A DNA stretch of 57,876 nt from assembly GCA_008632985.1 (NCBI GenBank), contig QPGO01000124.1, positions 186,001 to 243,876 on the forward strand, written 5' to 3'. Positions 1 to 12,889 of the stretch are shown piece by piece. The position numbers were made by a program, and so were the translations under genes. The notes beneath the pieces were generated by a model that ran no database searches, was not told the origin of the DNA, and saw only the letters and a list, made by a program, of their open reading frames with translations. Within the stretch, counting starts at the first letter, position 1. Every line of letters starts with the position of its first letter. Source of the DNA: Psammoneis japonica. Its lineage: Eukaryota.

Positions 1-1399
1 CAACTCAAGTTGTGCCATCAATCATCTCATGTTTTGTTGCACTCTGTCCCCCAATTTTTGTGTGCATTGTGTGGAATGGACAGCTGCAACCTGGGTGCTG
101 ATGTTTTGCGCAGTTGAGAGTCAAGCTGGAGCAGCGGCGCATGGCAGAAACCACGGACAATCTGTGCGTCACATCTCTGGACAACTTCCATCCACACCAA
201 CTGGATCTAATGCCACTTGCTTCATTTCTCTGTTGTTCAATCAAGTCCTCCTTTGCTCTTTGGGGGTCAAAAGCACTTTTCCTCTGTGTGGCGGCCCTTG
301 CAAGTGTGAGAATGTGAGCCTTCCTTTGGCGTCAGTTGGCTGTCATCCAGCCATTTGCAAAGCAATGGATCTGGTTGAAAGCCACTTGTGTTTCTCACAC
401 AAAAAACTGCTGTTCTTGCAGCAGCTCTGGGGGCACTTGAGGAGCTCAAGGAGCTCAAGTTCACAGTTGCTGCCCTCAGTGCTGCACAGCTCTCATGTGC
501 AGAGCCCGCCTCTCTTTGTGTGCATTTTGCCACAATTGTTGGGCCAGCAGCCATGACAGAACTCATGTGCACAGATCTTTCACAGCCAGCTGTGGGTGTG
601 TAGCAAGTCAAGGGATGATCAGATGCACAAGCTGTTGTTTGCTGCTGCATGTCATCAGCTGCTGTCACAGGCACAGTTGAGGGGATGTGTGAAAACAGAG
701 GAGTGAAGGGTGGGCTGTGCACCAGCAAAACACAACAACTGGAGCAGGGGAGCACCACAAGAGGTTGGAAAGACCAAGGTGATGGGTCCCAACCCCAACT
801 GCCCAACACTGGCCACAAGATGGGGGGGGGGGGCAAAAGGGCAGCAGCACACACTGCACTTTTGGAACAGCTGCATGTGCTGACTGCAACAATTCTGCCC
901 CACTGTCTCATCCAAGCTTGTGGGAAATGAGAATGTGGTGGCATGCCATGCTCATTCTCCAAACATGCAAAGATCATCAACATGTGTTGATTGCAGATGC
1001 ACACACAGCTGTTGACTGCACAACGGAGTTTGTGCTGAAAACTGTTTGGAAAATTTTCTTAGATGACAGATCATTGCAAGAAGCAACAACCACCAGCACA
1101 AAAATGTGTGAACCATGAGGCTTGAACACCTGTTGTTTTCCACTGAATGATGACATTGCTTGTCATGCTGCAATGAGGATGTGCCATTGGTGAATGTGAA
1201 TGCAGACCCCATCTCAGAAGGCACAAGAAGTCATGCATGTGAACCCACACAGATGCTGAGGGTGTGTGCAGCTGACTTCAACAAGTGTGCTGTGCAGAGA
1301 TGCCAAAAGAACAGCAAGAACAGTGGCAGCAGAAAGTGGCTGCCCCAAAAGCAAAGAGAGGGATGAGAAAGCAAAGAGCAAATTCCACACATTTTGTGT

Positions 1400-1830
1400 G
1401 AGAAAGAAGCTTGGAAAAGTGCAGAATCTGAGGTGGCCAGAAATGATCATCCAACAGACACCAGTGCAAGAAGGACAGCAGCAGAGAAGCAGGAGGAAAG
1501 GGCATGGGGCAGCAAGAGCTGCAGAAGACAGCTCTTCTTTTGGTGTGGATGGCTTGAGCGTGAAGTCAAGAAGTCACACAAAGAGAGGCAAATCATCTCT
1601 TGATCCAAGCAGCAGGCCTGCTGGATGGTGCCCCTTGAGGATGCTCACAATTGCTTGCAAGGCACCAAGCAGGAGTGCAGAGCTGCTGCACTGGCACCAA
1701 CTCTGAGCTTCCAGAGCTCTGTGGCCTCCTCTCAATCCACAGCACACACCAACTCAGGACACTTTGCAGCAAAGTTAAAAAGAAAATGCTCCAGGCATGG
1801 AAACAGGAAGGAAACAGATGGGAACAGCCA
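1400..1830 (+). repeat. Decayed copy of a dispersed repeat family (other copies at 12890-14310 inverted, and 40897-41640 plus 50510-51240)
   Basis: Shares TCTGAGGTGGnCAGAAATGA and TCAGGACACTTTGnAnnAAAGTTAAAAAGnAAAATGCT with 50647-50980. Boundaries approximate. Confidence 0.6.
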
Positions 1831-2225
1831 GTGCATGACAAAGTGCTGGTGCGGCATGTGCAGACATGCAGAAAAAATTAGCAGGTGAGGTCTTGGGCAA
1901 GGTGCAGCACAGCACGCCAGATGCTGTTTGATGGGTGGCTGCTGTTGCTGCTCTCGGCTCTCAACAATCACCTGACAATCATTCTTGGAGACAGTTTGCC
2001 GGCCACAGTTGAATCTTTTTGCAGCTGCTCTTTGTGCAAGAGAGCAACAACAGAAAGGTGTCCTTTTTCGAGACTTTTTGTTGCAATGAAGTGACTTGGG
2101 AATTAGAAAAGAAGGAGGGCAGCAAACAATTCTTGTGGATGACAAGGTCAATGAGCATGAAGAATGGAGAACAATCAAAAGCTTGACATCTGGCAGCACC
2201 ACAATTGCACACGCTCACTGCTTCC

Positions 2226-3134
2226 GACTTGTTCCAGACTTAGGTGGCGCGCACATGCCCCTTCTCGCAGAAAATTTTTTTTTATGCTTTATACAACATC
2301 GTACATATTTCATTATATTGATCATATCAATTGCTTTTAAGTAAAATAAACAGAATAAACTCGAACAAACAAACAGCCAAACCGGCCATGGCTTTCAGTG
2401 ACCATGACGGCCCACTTTTTTCAGCCTTATGGAAAATTTAATGTCATGACGAGGCCCTCCGTATTTGATATAGTCTATGGCATCAACAACAATAGTGAAA
2501 ATGCTTGTTACAGGTTGCAGCGCGGCACAATAATACTAAATCTGTCAGCAACAACAATTGAGCCTCAATTCACTCACAATTTGCCTCTAAGGACCATTTC
2601 TTTGCCATTACCATGTATACTTCCTCAATATATTCGACGGATTCAAGTGTCTCAATCGTTTATGCCTCTTAAACAGTGAAAAATGGTCCGAAGTCGACGC
2701 CATTGCGTGGGCTGAGCTACCCTTCTTCTCACGTCGTCGGAAACTTATCAATCAACGTATGTTTTATTCGATCCGTTGAATCAAAGTTGTATTCGCGCAT
2801 TGTAACCAAGATTAATTATGTTATGTTAGAGGGTTCATTTATATATAAGAATAATATTTTATACGTTTCTACACACATTTAGACATCTATAAATCGCTCC
2901 TCGGAAAACAGAGCTCTCAACTTACGGTACAATTTAGGGACTAATAACTGAGTCCATCCACAGTTTCGAATACATGGGTACACGCACAAGACCTTTCTGT
3001 ATGTACCCATAACAACACATTTGAAAATTGTTATGTTTTTACTATCGAAAATGGTACCGCAAGTGTGGACCGCGCGTTTCATGCGAAAAGGGTCATTTTT
3101 TCGCGCGTGAGGGCACCTAAGTCTGGAACAAGTC
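2226..3134. mobile_element. Non-autonomous TIR element (MITE-like, 909 bp) with 4-bp TSD
   Basis: Perfect 21-bp TIR GACTTGTTCCAGACTTAGGTG (2226-2246) / CACCTAAGTCTGGAACAAGTC (3114-3134). Flanked by TTCC at 2222-2225 and 3135-3138. AT-rich non-coding interior. Confidence 0.9.
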
Positions 3135-3399
3135 TTCCTTGCAAGCTGACACAGGATGAATTTTTGTCACCCGGTGTTGCAGCACTGTGTCTCAAAGCAA
3201 ACTCTAGACTTGCGCCAGTCCACAGTCCAACTGCTGACTGTTGCGCAAATCATCACTGTCCACCAAGAGTCCAAGTGTGGCACAAATTTGAGCTGTCCAT
3301 CAGGAACTTCCGTGCTGACAGCACAGTGAAAAATGTCATGGTGGGAGGGTCAAACAAAGCCTTGCTGACAATGCAGATTGTGTTGATGAGGGTGGTGAG

Positions 3400-4500
3400 C
3401 TTCAGCATTTGGCTGGCAAAGTCTTGAAACCCCTCCAACATGCTGGGCTCATGGGTGAGGTCAGCACTGGTTCAAGAAATTGCCAGGGCAAACCAGACTT
3501 CTCAATGAGGGGACAGGAAAATGAAGCAATTGTTTTGGGGGATTCAAAGGCAACACATGACTTGCCCCTGCCAATGGCAGCACAGGAATTGGCAACACAG
3601 TGCAATGAAAGCAGAGCAGTTGTCAAGCCATTGACCCAACCAAGATCAGATCATCACCAACACCCCTGTGGACGATCTCATGTGGGATGTCCCATTTCAC
3701 AAATTCTTGGGTGCATGGTCCTCAATCAATGTCATTGCGAGGTTCTCACCAGTGGGTTGAGAACATGTTTTGTTCACATGCAGAGGGATGATGCCATTGG
3801 TGAAGAAATTGTGCAGATCGGTGGTTTTTTGGGCAAGAGAACTGTCTCAGTGCATGGGCCTTTTTCTACAAATGTGCTTGTGATGACACACATGGCAGGA
3901 TCTCAACAAGGACAAGTTTTCTCAGGCCTGGCTTGAAGGCACACCAGATGGAGCCAAGAAGAGCCCCCCTTCTCATCTGATCAGGGGACGCGGAAACAAA
4001 AGTTTGGGCTTTTTTGTCGTGGCTCACATTGGGGTGGTGGAAGAAAGCAGGTTGGCTCAAATTTGCTTTTTCGTGGCAAAGGAAACATGCCCAAAAATTG
4101 GATGTGGTCGTCATGGAACCACATTCAGTGGTGCATGGAAAAATGGAGAAATTGTTGCGCTGAAACTCTTTGATGCTTGCAAAAACAAGGGAAGGGAAGG
4201 AAGGGAAGCTTTTGAGCAAAAACATTTGAAAGGGGCATGGGGCCAACTTGTTCCAACTCCAAAATTCGTTGCTGAGGCTTTCGGTGTGATCTGCTTTGGG
4301 ATGCAAATGGCAGAGCAACCTTCTCAGTTTGCCAGTTTTGAGGATTGGGATGAAGTTGCAAGCAAGCTGGAAGAGAAGTGCGGCTTTCGTCATTTGGACT
4401 TAGAAGGAGATGAACGCAGCCCCAATTTTTGAAATCACATGATGCTTCACGACAAATCGGGACAGATGCAGCCAATTGTGATTGACTTGGAGGTGCGCAA
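3400..4500 (+). pseudogene. Decayed protein-kinase-like gene
   Basis: Broken frames read IGCGRHGTTFSGAWKNGEIVALKLFD (Gly loop plus VAxK) and GFRHLDL...PNF. No Tyr retained. Boundaries approximate. Confidence 0.55.
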
Positions 4501-6409
4501 ATTGCTCCATTTTGCTCAAGTTAGAAGCTTTGAGAGCGCGTCAATTTGAGTGCTCTGTTGTTGTCACAAACCATGTGTGCCATGGTGTTGAAGGATGCTG
4601 CTTTCTGCCCCAATGCCGCGCTTCCACGTGCATCTTCTTTTTTACAAAAATGCATTTCCAACCAACTGACATGACACCGTCATAAAGTTCTAGACCACCT
4701 TTGGGGTTGCATGAAAGCCTGCTGCTGGCCACACTTTTCTGTTTTGAGACATTTGTTCATTGGCTGTTCTTCACACTTCTGCTGGCTTTGGCTTAGCGGC
4801 CAAGTGGTGTGCTGCCAGCACTGCACTGCGTGCGGCATTTCAACTTTTCATGAACTCTGGCTGGCTCTTGCAAAGTGTCTTTTCATCTTTGTGTGGCTGC
4901 CACCCTGCTCCCTTGGCACAAAAGCCATCTCACAGGCAGCTGTCATGGCTGGCATTGTTGTGCTGCTGACACTTTGCACCAGGTGTGTGCATGGGCTTTG
5001 TCTGGGATGCACAGAAATCACAATCTGTGGGTGTGACAATCTCATCAACACTGCTGGCATGTGGCAGCACTCAATCTTTTGCTCAAGAGGAGGTTGCCAC
5101 TCAACTCTGAAAGAAGAAGCACAGCTTGCAAACTCAAGATGTTTTTGCTTCAATGCCAAAAAGTGTCAACGTGGCTGTGGTGCTGTGTGCCACCACTGAG
5201 CAGCTGAGTCCCACCCAAGAGGCTCAACAGCTCAGCACCAGTGCTGGACTGAGTCACAGCTGGCCAAGTCAAATCACACATTTGATTTGAAAGAGCTTTT
5301 CATGGTCAGCCACAATGAACTCAAGCTGCCACTTTTTCAACAACTTTTGTCTGCCAAGCCAGAAGGGCATGCAACAGCAGCTGAGTCATCAACCACGCTG
5401 TCCCCATGCTGAACTTGACATCACAGTTCCTGCAAACAAGTGAGCACAGCTCAGATGCAGTGAGCAACAAGGACAATGATGACAAACTGACTTCAGTGCT
5501 CAAGAATGAAATGGAAACACAAATTCACCTGGTGTGTGCAAACTTCACACCAGCTTGACATGCACAAGGAAATTGCTGCATCCTTTTGGCACTTGGCACC
5601 CAGCTTGAGCGTCACCACAGCGCCCTCCCTTCTCACGACTTTCTGCCAGTGCAAGCAACATCTTTGAACAAGTTGTGCAAGCTTGGCCACTTGCAACAAG
5701 TTGACAATGAGGCTGGACTCATGACAGGAGCCCCTCTTTGCACTTTGCAGGTCCTCTGCAGGTCACAATGATGGTCAAAGCAAGAGACACAGAGTGGCAG
5801 AAAAACGTGCCACACACCTTCATTTGCAAGCGGCTCCCTTCCCCATGCATGTGGTGCAAAAACAAAAAGCAAAGAATGTGCAAGAGAGTGCTCTTGAGAA
5901 ACAGTGGCAAAAGCAGCATCGCATGTTGCTGAAGACAAGCTGCACTTTTAAAGACAGATCTGGTGCGATGCTTGCCCAGACTGTGGAAACAAGTCCCAAC
6001 AACTTGTTGGGTGGCTGATGCTGTGGAAAGAGCTGGCTGCAGTGGCTCAGCACCCGGTGCAAGTGTGCCTTGACCACTGCGGAACAACACAAAACTGTGT
6101 GGGCACTGCTCTGGTGCAAAGCATGCTGAAGTGTGTCATTTTTAGGGTTTAGGTCATTGAGCAGCTTGAACTTTTGTGCAATGATCTGTGGGAGGTTTTT
6201 CCTCTCCCCGCACACTGTGCAGACCTCCCATGAATTGGCCGCGCGCTCGCTCACTTATCATCGCGCGAGAACCCGCGAGGCACCCGCATACGTCGCGACC
6301 CTTTATCTCTGTTTGCGTCCCACTCCAGAAGTACTATGGTAGAGAGGGCCTTTGTGCATGTTTTTGTTTTGCCTGTATCGTCAAGAGAAGAGTCTAAACA
6401 CAAAAAACA

Positions 6410-7534
6410 ATGAGACAACGTATGCTTCTTGTTCGTCCCATGGCGAAAGCTCTTTATCCAACAACAAAAACGACGACTCGAGCGGCCTTTCTTCACTCAT
6501 TCGAAAAAAGCAAAAAATCGCCCGTGCGCGATACAAGGTTGGCAGGACGAGTCCGTTTTTACAAGTCGGTAGGAGTGACTTCAGTGTCGGCTCCATGGGA
6601 AGAATCTCTGAATAAAAGTAGCAGTAGTATTGAATCACCCATCAGTGCGGGTGTCGATGGTACGCAGAGTGCATCGGGTGTTTCTCTCGACATGCCGACA
6701 CGCGAGTCGCTCCAGGAGCTCTTGACTCCACGACGACACTTTTCCAAACAAAACAATTGCAATTGGTTTGGTGTCACTCTGGATGGACGTACCATCAAAA
6801 CTCCGTTGGGACAAACACTCGCGGTTCCATCTCAAACGTTAGCTTGGGCCATTGCGGCCGAATGGGACGCTCAAGCGAAAACGCTACAACCGGCTCAAAT
6901 GCCACTCATGACCTTGGTGTGTACCACATTGGATCAAACCACTGCCAATCCAAGCATGACACAAACTCAAACGTTGCAATATTTACCCACCGATACGACA
7001 TGTTATTGGGCCGATCCAGCCGAAGACCGTGTCTTGTATCGCAAACAAGAAGAATCGTGGCAAGGTCTTCATGAGTATGCTTGTGCGTATTTGATGGGTA
7101 GTACTACTACCGATAATCATGCATTGTTACCCGCACGTGCCGTGGGTGCGAGCGAAGGACTCCTCATGTCACGAGCACGCAAAAGCAAATCTAGCAGTGG
7201 ATTGCCACATCCAACGGAATTTGTACAAGCTGCCACAAAATGGGTCGAGGGTTTGGATGCTTGGCAATTGACGGCAGCACATTCCGTGGCGGCAGCCAGC
7301 AAGAGCTTTTTCATCAGCATGGCCGTCGTGACGTCGGATATTACTACTACTACAAATCATCCCTTTGCAAACGACTTGTCCAAGGCTGTCTTGGCAGCTC
7401 GTGTCGAAGAGGAGTTTCAAATTGATAATTGGGGATTGGTCGAAGGGGGGCATGATTACGATCGTCTCAATTGCTCGATTCAACTTCATGCTGCACACTT
7501 TTTGACGTCCGCCATTGCGTCGGACACACTTTGA
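6410..7534 (+). CDS. ATP12: Mitochondrial F1-ATPase assembly chaperone ATP12/ATPAF2
   Basis: Intact 374-aa ORF with RFYK, VTLDGRTIKTP, AIAAEWDAQ, MPLMTL, TDTTCY and ARVEEEFQIDNWGLVEGGHD motifs. Basic N-terminal presequence. Confidence 0.95.
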   Translation: MRQRMLLVRPMAKALYPTTKTTTRAAFLHSFEKSKKSPVRDTRLAGRVRFYKSVGVTSVSAPWEESLNKSSSSIESPISAGVDGTQSASGVSLDMPTRESLQELLTPRRHFSKQNNCNWFGVTLDGRTIKTPLGQTLAVPSQTLAWAIAAEWDAQAKTLQPAQMPLMTLVCTTLDQTTANPSMTQTQTLQYLPTDTTCYWADPAEDRVLYRKQEESWQGLHEYACAYLMGSTTTDNHALLPARAVGASEGLLMSRARKSKSSSGLPHPTEFVQAATKWVEGLDAWQLTAAHSVAAASKSFFISMAVVTSDITTTTNHPFANDLSKAVLAARVEEEFQIDNWGLVEGGHDYDRLNCSIQLHAAHFLTSAIASDTL

Positions 7535-7752
7535 TGAATCATCATGAGGAACTATAGAGTAGTGGAACGGAGGAGTTGTTGACAGAAGAGGCGTACAAAG
7601 TATCCATACCGTACTGAACATTTGACGCATGGAATAACATAATATGTGGATACACTCTATGATTTAGTTCACCACTACACAATCAAGAGTATCGTTTCAC
7701 GATCTTGGACATGCATTTCCTGGCCAAACATGCAACACGAAGAATCTTGCTT

Positions 7753-9293
7753 TTAATAAATAACAGTGTCCTGAAGCCACTGCGCCGGTTCATCATCCAC
7801 CTCAATCGGAGGGTGCTTTCCTCGATTGGCGTCTGGATTCTTGGGCAACTGTACGAGAAGATCCGTCTCGGCTTGACGAATGACAATCTGTTGGGGAGTG
7901 ACATTAATGACTGAAAAGTCCTGCGCCAACATGACGGGACCGTCATAGGTAGACGTCACTCCCTTAAAGTAGGGATCAATCGTATTGTCGTCCTGGTAAT
8001 AATGATAGGCAACTCCAAGCTTAGGTTTGGCAATGTCAAAGAGTTTGCCGAGTTTATCGGCGGTCGTGTGACAGGACGTGATTCCTTGCGTGATGGGGAG
8101 TGGAATATCGTAAATGTCCGACATGGTTTGGGCATCGAGAAAGTTTTCGTGGATAAACACGTCTGCATCCGCAGCCTGCTCCGCCTCAAACGTAGAGGGT
8201 GAGCCATCACCGTGATAGGTCATGCTACGGCCATTCCATTCAAGACGGTAACCCACGGCTCCTTGGATTTCATGAACGACCGGAAATGCATAAATCTTGA
8301 CGCCGTTGTTGTCGTAAATGAGCTGACGAGGATTCTCAGGACTAAACAGGGAATAGTCAAACTCGTGTGCAGCAAGAATCATGCCGTCCGATACCGCCAC
8401 GCCGTTGGACTTGCCACGAAGATGCCAGGCCGATGCCGAATGGACGGCATCCACAAAGTGAGCGGTACCAAGCTCAGGACGAGAACCCGATGGCCCGTAC
8501 ACATTGAGAGGCCTATGCACAACGAACAAAAAGATAGTGTTAGCTTCTCTTTGCGTACAACATAGAAATCAATAATATCATACCAGCATACAACTCACCT
8601 GTTTCGTCCCCAAATCATGGCATCATACATGGAGAAGATGTCACCGACGTGGTCAAGATGCAAGTGCGTGATGAAGAGCTTGTCAAAAATCGCAGGAGGA
8701 AAGCCCAAACTCCAGAGATTCTGGGTCGAGCCGGCTCCAATGTCAAAGACAAAGTTATCACCGTTGCCCAACTGCACAAGCCATCCAGCAGCTGCTTGGG
8801 CACGACGAACATTGGGATTGCCCGAACCAAGGCAAACCAGACGCATCTCGTCCGGTGCTAGTTCTTCCTTGAAGGGGTGAGCAGTCTTGGGGTATTCTTT
8901 GAGCTTGGATTTTTTCATGTCTGCCAGGGGAATGACGTTTTGAGTAGCCATGGCTTTGCCGGTAAGAGGCAAGGGATATCCGAGAGGCGTCTTCTTGCTT
9001 TTCAAGTGTCCGCCTCGAATCCCCGGGATCAGCTTGTGCTTGAAGGGCTTGGCACTGCCAAGCATTTCAAGCTCGTCTGAGGAACTTGATGAATTCATGG
9101 AAGCCAGCAACAAGGTGGCAGCCATGACCGTCAACAACACCATTGCGAACCCTTTCTTCTTGATCGGACCAAACGATTCTTCGAACCGACCACCGAAGCG
9201 AAGCTTGTGGTCGGTTGAGGCGGGTTTGCCAAGTTCTCCATTCGAGGAGGAACCAGCCAGCAGACAATCATCTTCTTTAGCGAACTGATTCAT
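7753..9293 (-). CDS. RNase Z/arylsulfatase-like metallo-beta-lactamase-fold hydrolase with N-terminal membrane anchor; 2 exons (9293-8599, 8512-7753), about 484 aa
   Basis: Motifs LGSGNP, FDIGAG, THLHLDH, GDG, HE and HT. GT-AG intron 8598-8513 (GTGAG donor, CTAAC branch point) joins WGRNR-PLNVYGPSG in frame. Confidence 0.9.
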
Positions 9294-10024
9294 CTTGATT
9301 TACATAGAGTGGAGAAAGCTCGGCGAACTTTGGTGATATCTTTTTTTGTAAAAAAGTGAGGAACAGCAAGAAAGATCCGTGTCTCTGGATGCCAAAAAGT
9401 GACACAACAAAAAGATTCATCAGGTAATGAGGTCATTCTTCAGTCGCGCAAAACTCATTTCTCAGTACAAAAAGTACGTGCATTTCTACGAGATCCTGGA
9501 CTTCTGACATCTGATCAACGTTCTCATGTCACAGATTCTCCATTCAACGCAGTGCAAAGTGCAACGACCATTGCAACTCTACAGAGCCATGGCTTTGTTT
9601 GCTTCACTAATTCCTTTTAAGTCCATTGTCACTTCTGCAAAGTGAGTCCTTTGCTTCTTTTTTGCTGCTCTTGCGTGCTGTCCCGCCGCTCTCTTTGCAA
9701 CTCTGCCTTTGTTTCACGGCCACACCCTCTGCGTGTTTTTCTGTGTGAGCTCTGGTGCAGATGCCGCCTTTTTCTGATGGTGTGATGATGGTTCTTACCT
9801 GCCTGTTCAGACATGTTTTTTTGTTGACATGCCATCATTCCATGATCATTGGCAATCTCATGCAGTGGAAAACGAATTGCACCAAGCTCTCATGGCTCAT
9901 TTGCTCGACGCTCTTCTCTCGGCATTTTTTGTTCTCGCGTGCAAAGTTTCCACACAGGTCTCAGTGCAAATTCTGCACATTCTGCAAGTCATTTCAGATG
10001 GATGACTCATCAAACTGCCGATTG

Positions 10025-10053
<29 letters not shown>
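10025..10053. repeat. (CT)14 microsatellite
   Basis: Directly visible. Confidence 0.95.
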
Positions 10054-10055
<2 letters not shown>

Positions 10056-10199
10056 CGCCTCTCAAGCGTCAACGACCCCCCCCCCTTCTTCTCTCTGTTG
10101 TCTGTCCAAGTTTTCTGCGTCATGTGGTGAACATTTTCCTGTCATTGCTGTTTTCAGAAGTTTGAAGAAGAGACCAATTCAGTGTGCATTGGCCATCCT

Positions 10200-10650
10200 T
10201 CTGTGTGCCGACAAGTCCGCACAAGTTTCAGCACAAGTTCTGCATGTCATGGAAATGTTTTCAAATGGCAGATCTCCCAATCTCTCGACTCTGCTGCTCT
10301 CCAACCACACCTGGCAAGCTCCAAAGACTCCCCCTTCACCTGCTGTCCTTTTAAGTTCTCTGCCCCATGTGGCAAACACCCTTTTGTTCTTGCTGCTGCC
10401 AGAAGTTTGAATTTGAGATCAACTCGGCTTGATTTGGCTCTTTGCCTGTTTGCCGATGCTTCCTGCCAAGTTCCTGTGCAAGAATCAGTGCAAGTTCTAC
10501 ATGTCACAAAAATGTTTTCTGACGGCCTGTCTCCCGATCATCCAATGGCTCTTCATCCATGCCTGCCAAGCTCCAATGACCCCCCCTTTCCTCAATGCCT
10601 TTTTAAGTTCTCTGCTCTGTGTGATGAACTCTCTTTTGTTGTTGCTGCCA
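10200..10650. repeat. Diverged tandem duplication, about 250-bp period, 2 copies
   Basis: CAAGTTCT.CATGTCA...AAATGTTTTC, CAAGCTCCAA.GAC.CCCCC and TTTTAAGTTCTCTGC recur near 10230-10400 and 10490-10650. Confidence 0.75.
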
Positions 10651-12889
10651 CTTTTCACTTTGGAGTGTTCTAAAAGATGGCTTGCTTCAGTGGAATGATC
10701 AGATCCAGTCAGAAGAAAAGAGCCATTCTGTTGCTGTGGTTTCAAGTGCTTTGAAGGCAACAAATCAATTTGCTGTTGCTGTCCATGACACCATTCCCAA
10801 CTGTTCCCGGCGGGCATCATCATTTGTTGGTGATGCCCATCTCAGCTGATGGCAATGCATTCCTGCTGCACTGTTGGTGCACTGGGGTTGTGGGTTGGCT
10901 TGTTGCGGAGTTGCAGGGTGGAAGTGCAGCAGCACTTTAAACACAGAATTTTGGTTTTGTTTTGTCCTGCCTTTCTTTGCACTCTCATCCATTTGAGATG
11001 GTGGCGCAGCACCCACCACACCTCGCTGTGCTCAACAAAAATGCAGCTGATGCTTGCTGGGCACAGCCACACAGTGGCAAGGTGGCAACTCTCATTTGTG
11101 CACTTGCCTTGTTCACTGTGACCTGTGACAGCAGTGTCTCAATGACCGTTGGTGCAAAAAAGCCTCTCCCACCTTTTTCGGGTTGTTCAGAGAAGTGTCA
11201 CAGCTTGTGTGTGTGCATGGCTCTCATCACTGCAAGAACAAGAAGAAGGGGTGATCATGTTGCAAGATGGTGTCACCACTTTGTTTCTCACAAAGATCGC
11301 AGGTGCTGCTCAGGAGCTGCTCATGCCAATCAAAGGTGACACAACCAGAGCAGCAACAATGCAAATAAAAGCTTTGGGGTGGGAGCACCAAGGGCAAGAG
11401 AAAGCCACCAAATGACCCCTCAGAAATGTGCAGCTGCCTCTGTGTGCACCGAAAAGGAGTTGGCGTTGATGAGCAGCATCTCTTGACTGGGCAATGTTGG
11501 GATGCCATTTTGTCAATGCAGTCAAAAAGACATCTTCACAGCTGGGCTGAAGTGAGCATCAGTGCCAAGAAGGGTGCTGAGGCCCATGACACAAAAGGAG
11601 CCAATGACATGTGACACTCTCCTCTTTTGCTCCAGCAACTCTGGCACATCTTTTGTGACTCTCATGCAGCAGATCCCCCACGGATCTTTCCACCAACAAG
11701 CCCCAAAGTAATGACACAAGCTGTCTGATGAAGTCTGCATGCACGTTCGAAAAAGAGTGGAATCTGTCCTGCATTCATGAAACCCCATGAGCGCATTCGC
11801 TCCTCTTTGTGACAGCAAGTTAAGTTGTCACAGTGCGGCAGGTCATCAAACAGTGTGGGGTGCCATGCGCGCACATCCCCAACCCACGCCAAGGGGTCAT
11901 AAAATGTCCCCGACGGTGTTTTTGTCAAAAATCCAGAATCCAGAATCTGCCGCCTTTGGGGACAAACAGTGCACCCTCAGAGGGTGAGCTCTGGAGCCAT
12001 TGGCGGCACACAAACAACTGGCCTCCATTGACCACATGACGTCCCCATGACAAGTTGCAACCTTGCCACACCAACACAACATGGATGAATTTGTTGATCC
12101 AGATGTTGTTGAGTTCTCAGCACAAGATCATGAGCATGCGTTTGCTCCTGCTGCGAGGAAAGTGAAAGCATCGACAAGTGCCTGTTTTCATCGGACAAAG
12201 CTCTCGCAAGGAAGGAGCACTTTGAGAAAGGCTTTGAAGCCAGTGAAACTGCGAGATGGCAAGTGGAGAAGAGCCAATTTTGCAGCCAAGTGGAGGTGAA
12301 TGGAGCCAGCAACAACTTCCTCAAGTCATGCAAGAATGTTGTTCGGCCCACGCTCGCCAAGTGCCGACAGCTCAGTGGCATCATGGGCAGCGATGACATG
12401 AAACATGGCAACTTCACAAACTTGTGGCTGAACCAAGATCTTCACATGGCATTGCAAAATTTTGTCAATGCAAGAATCACCGCGCCCCACAACCAAGCCA
12501 CGTGCATGAAATCATGGAAATGATTCGGGTTTTTATGCTGCAAATGACACACGGCGAGACCGCGAATGCTCTTTTCACCGAGCCAAAGTGGCACGCCATG
12601 ACAAAAAAATCAAACATTGACCATGATCGACACAGTGTTGTTCTGAGAGCTCTTGGGGCACAGGAACCTGATGACTCCAATCTGTTCGATCCGGCCGAGC
12701 ACGACAATGCAAATTTCATGCCGTGCATTGAGGCTGAGGATGCAACAAGGTTGCACCGCACACAGAGACGAATTTTTACTCACCCAAAGTGGTGATTTTT
12801 TGAGTCATCACACATTGCCCCTTTGTTGTTTTAATCAAGTTAGTCAAACACAGCTTCAAACTGCCGTCATGTGGCAGCGCGCACGGAGA

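Noticed and set aside
1..2220. Classical RIP or CpG decay as the sole cause of TG/CA richness
   Set aside because: C->T processes cannot deplete TA or turn Tyr codons into Cys/His. CpG decay contributes but is insufficient.
11900..12800. Possible decayed protein-coding sequence
   Set aside because: Reads protein-like in pieces but has no motif I can recognise.
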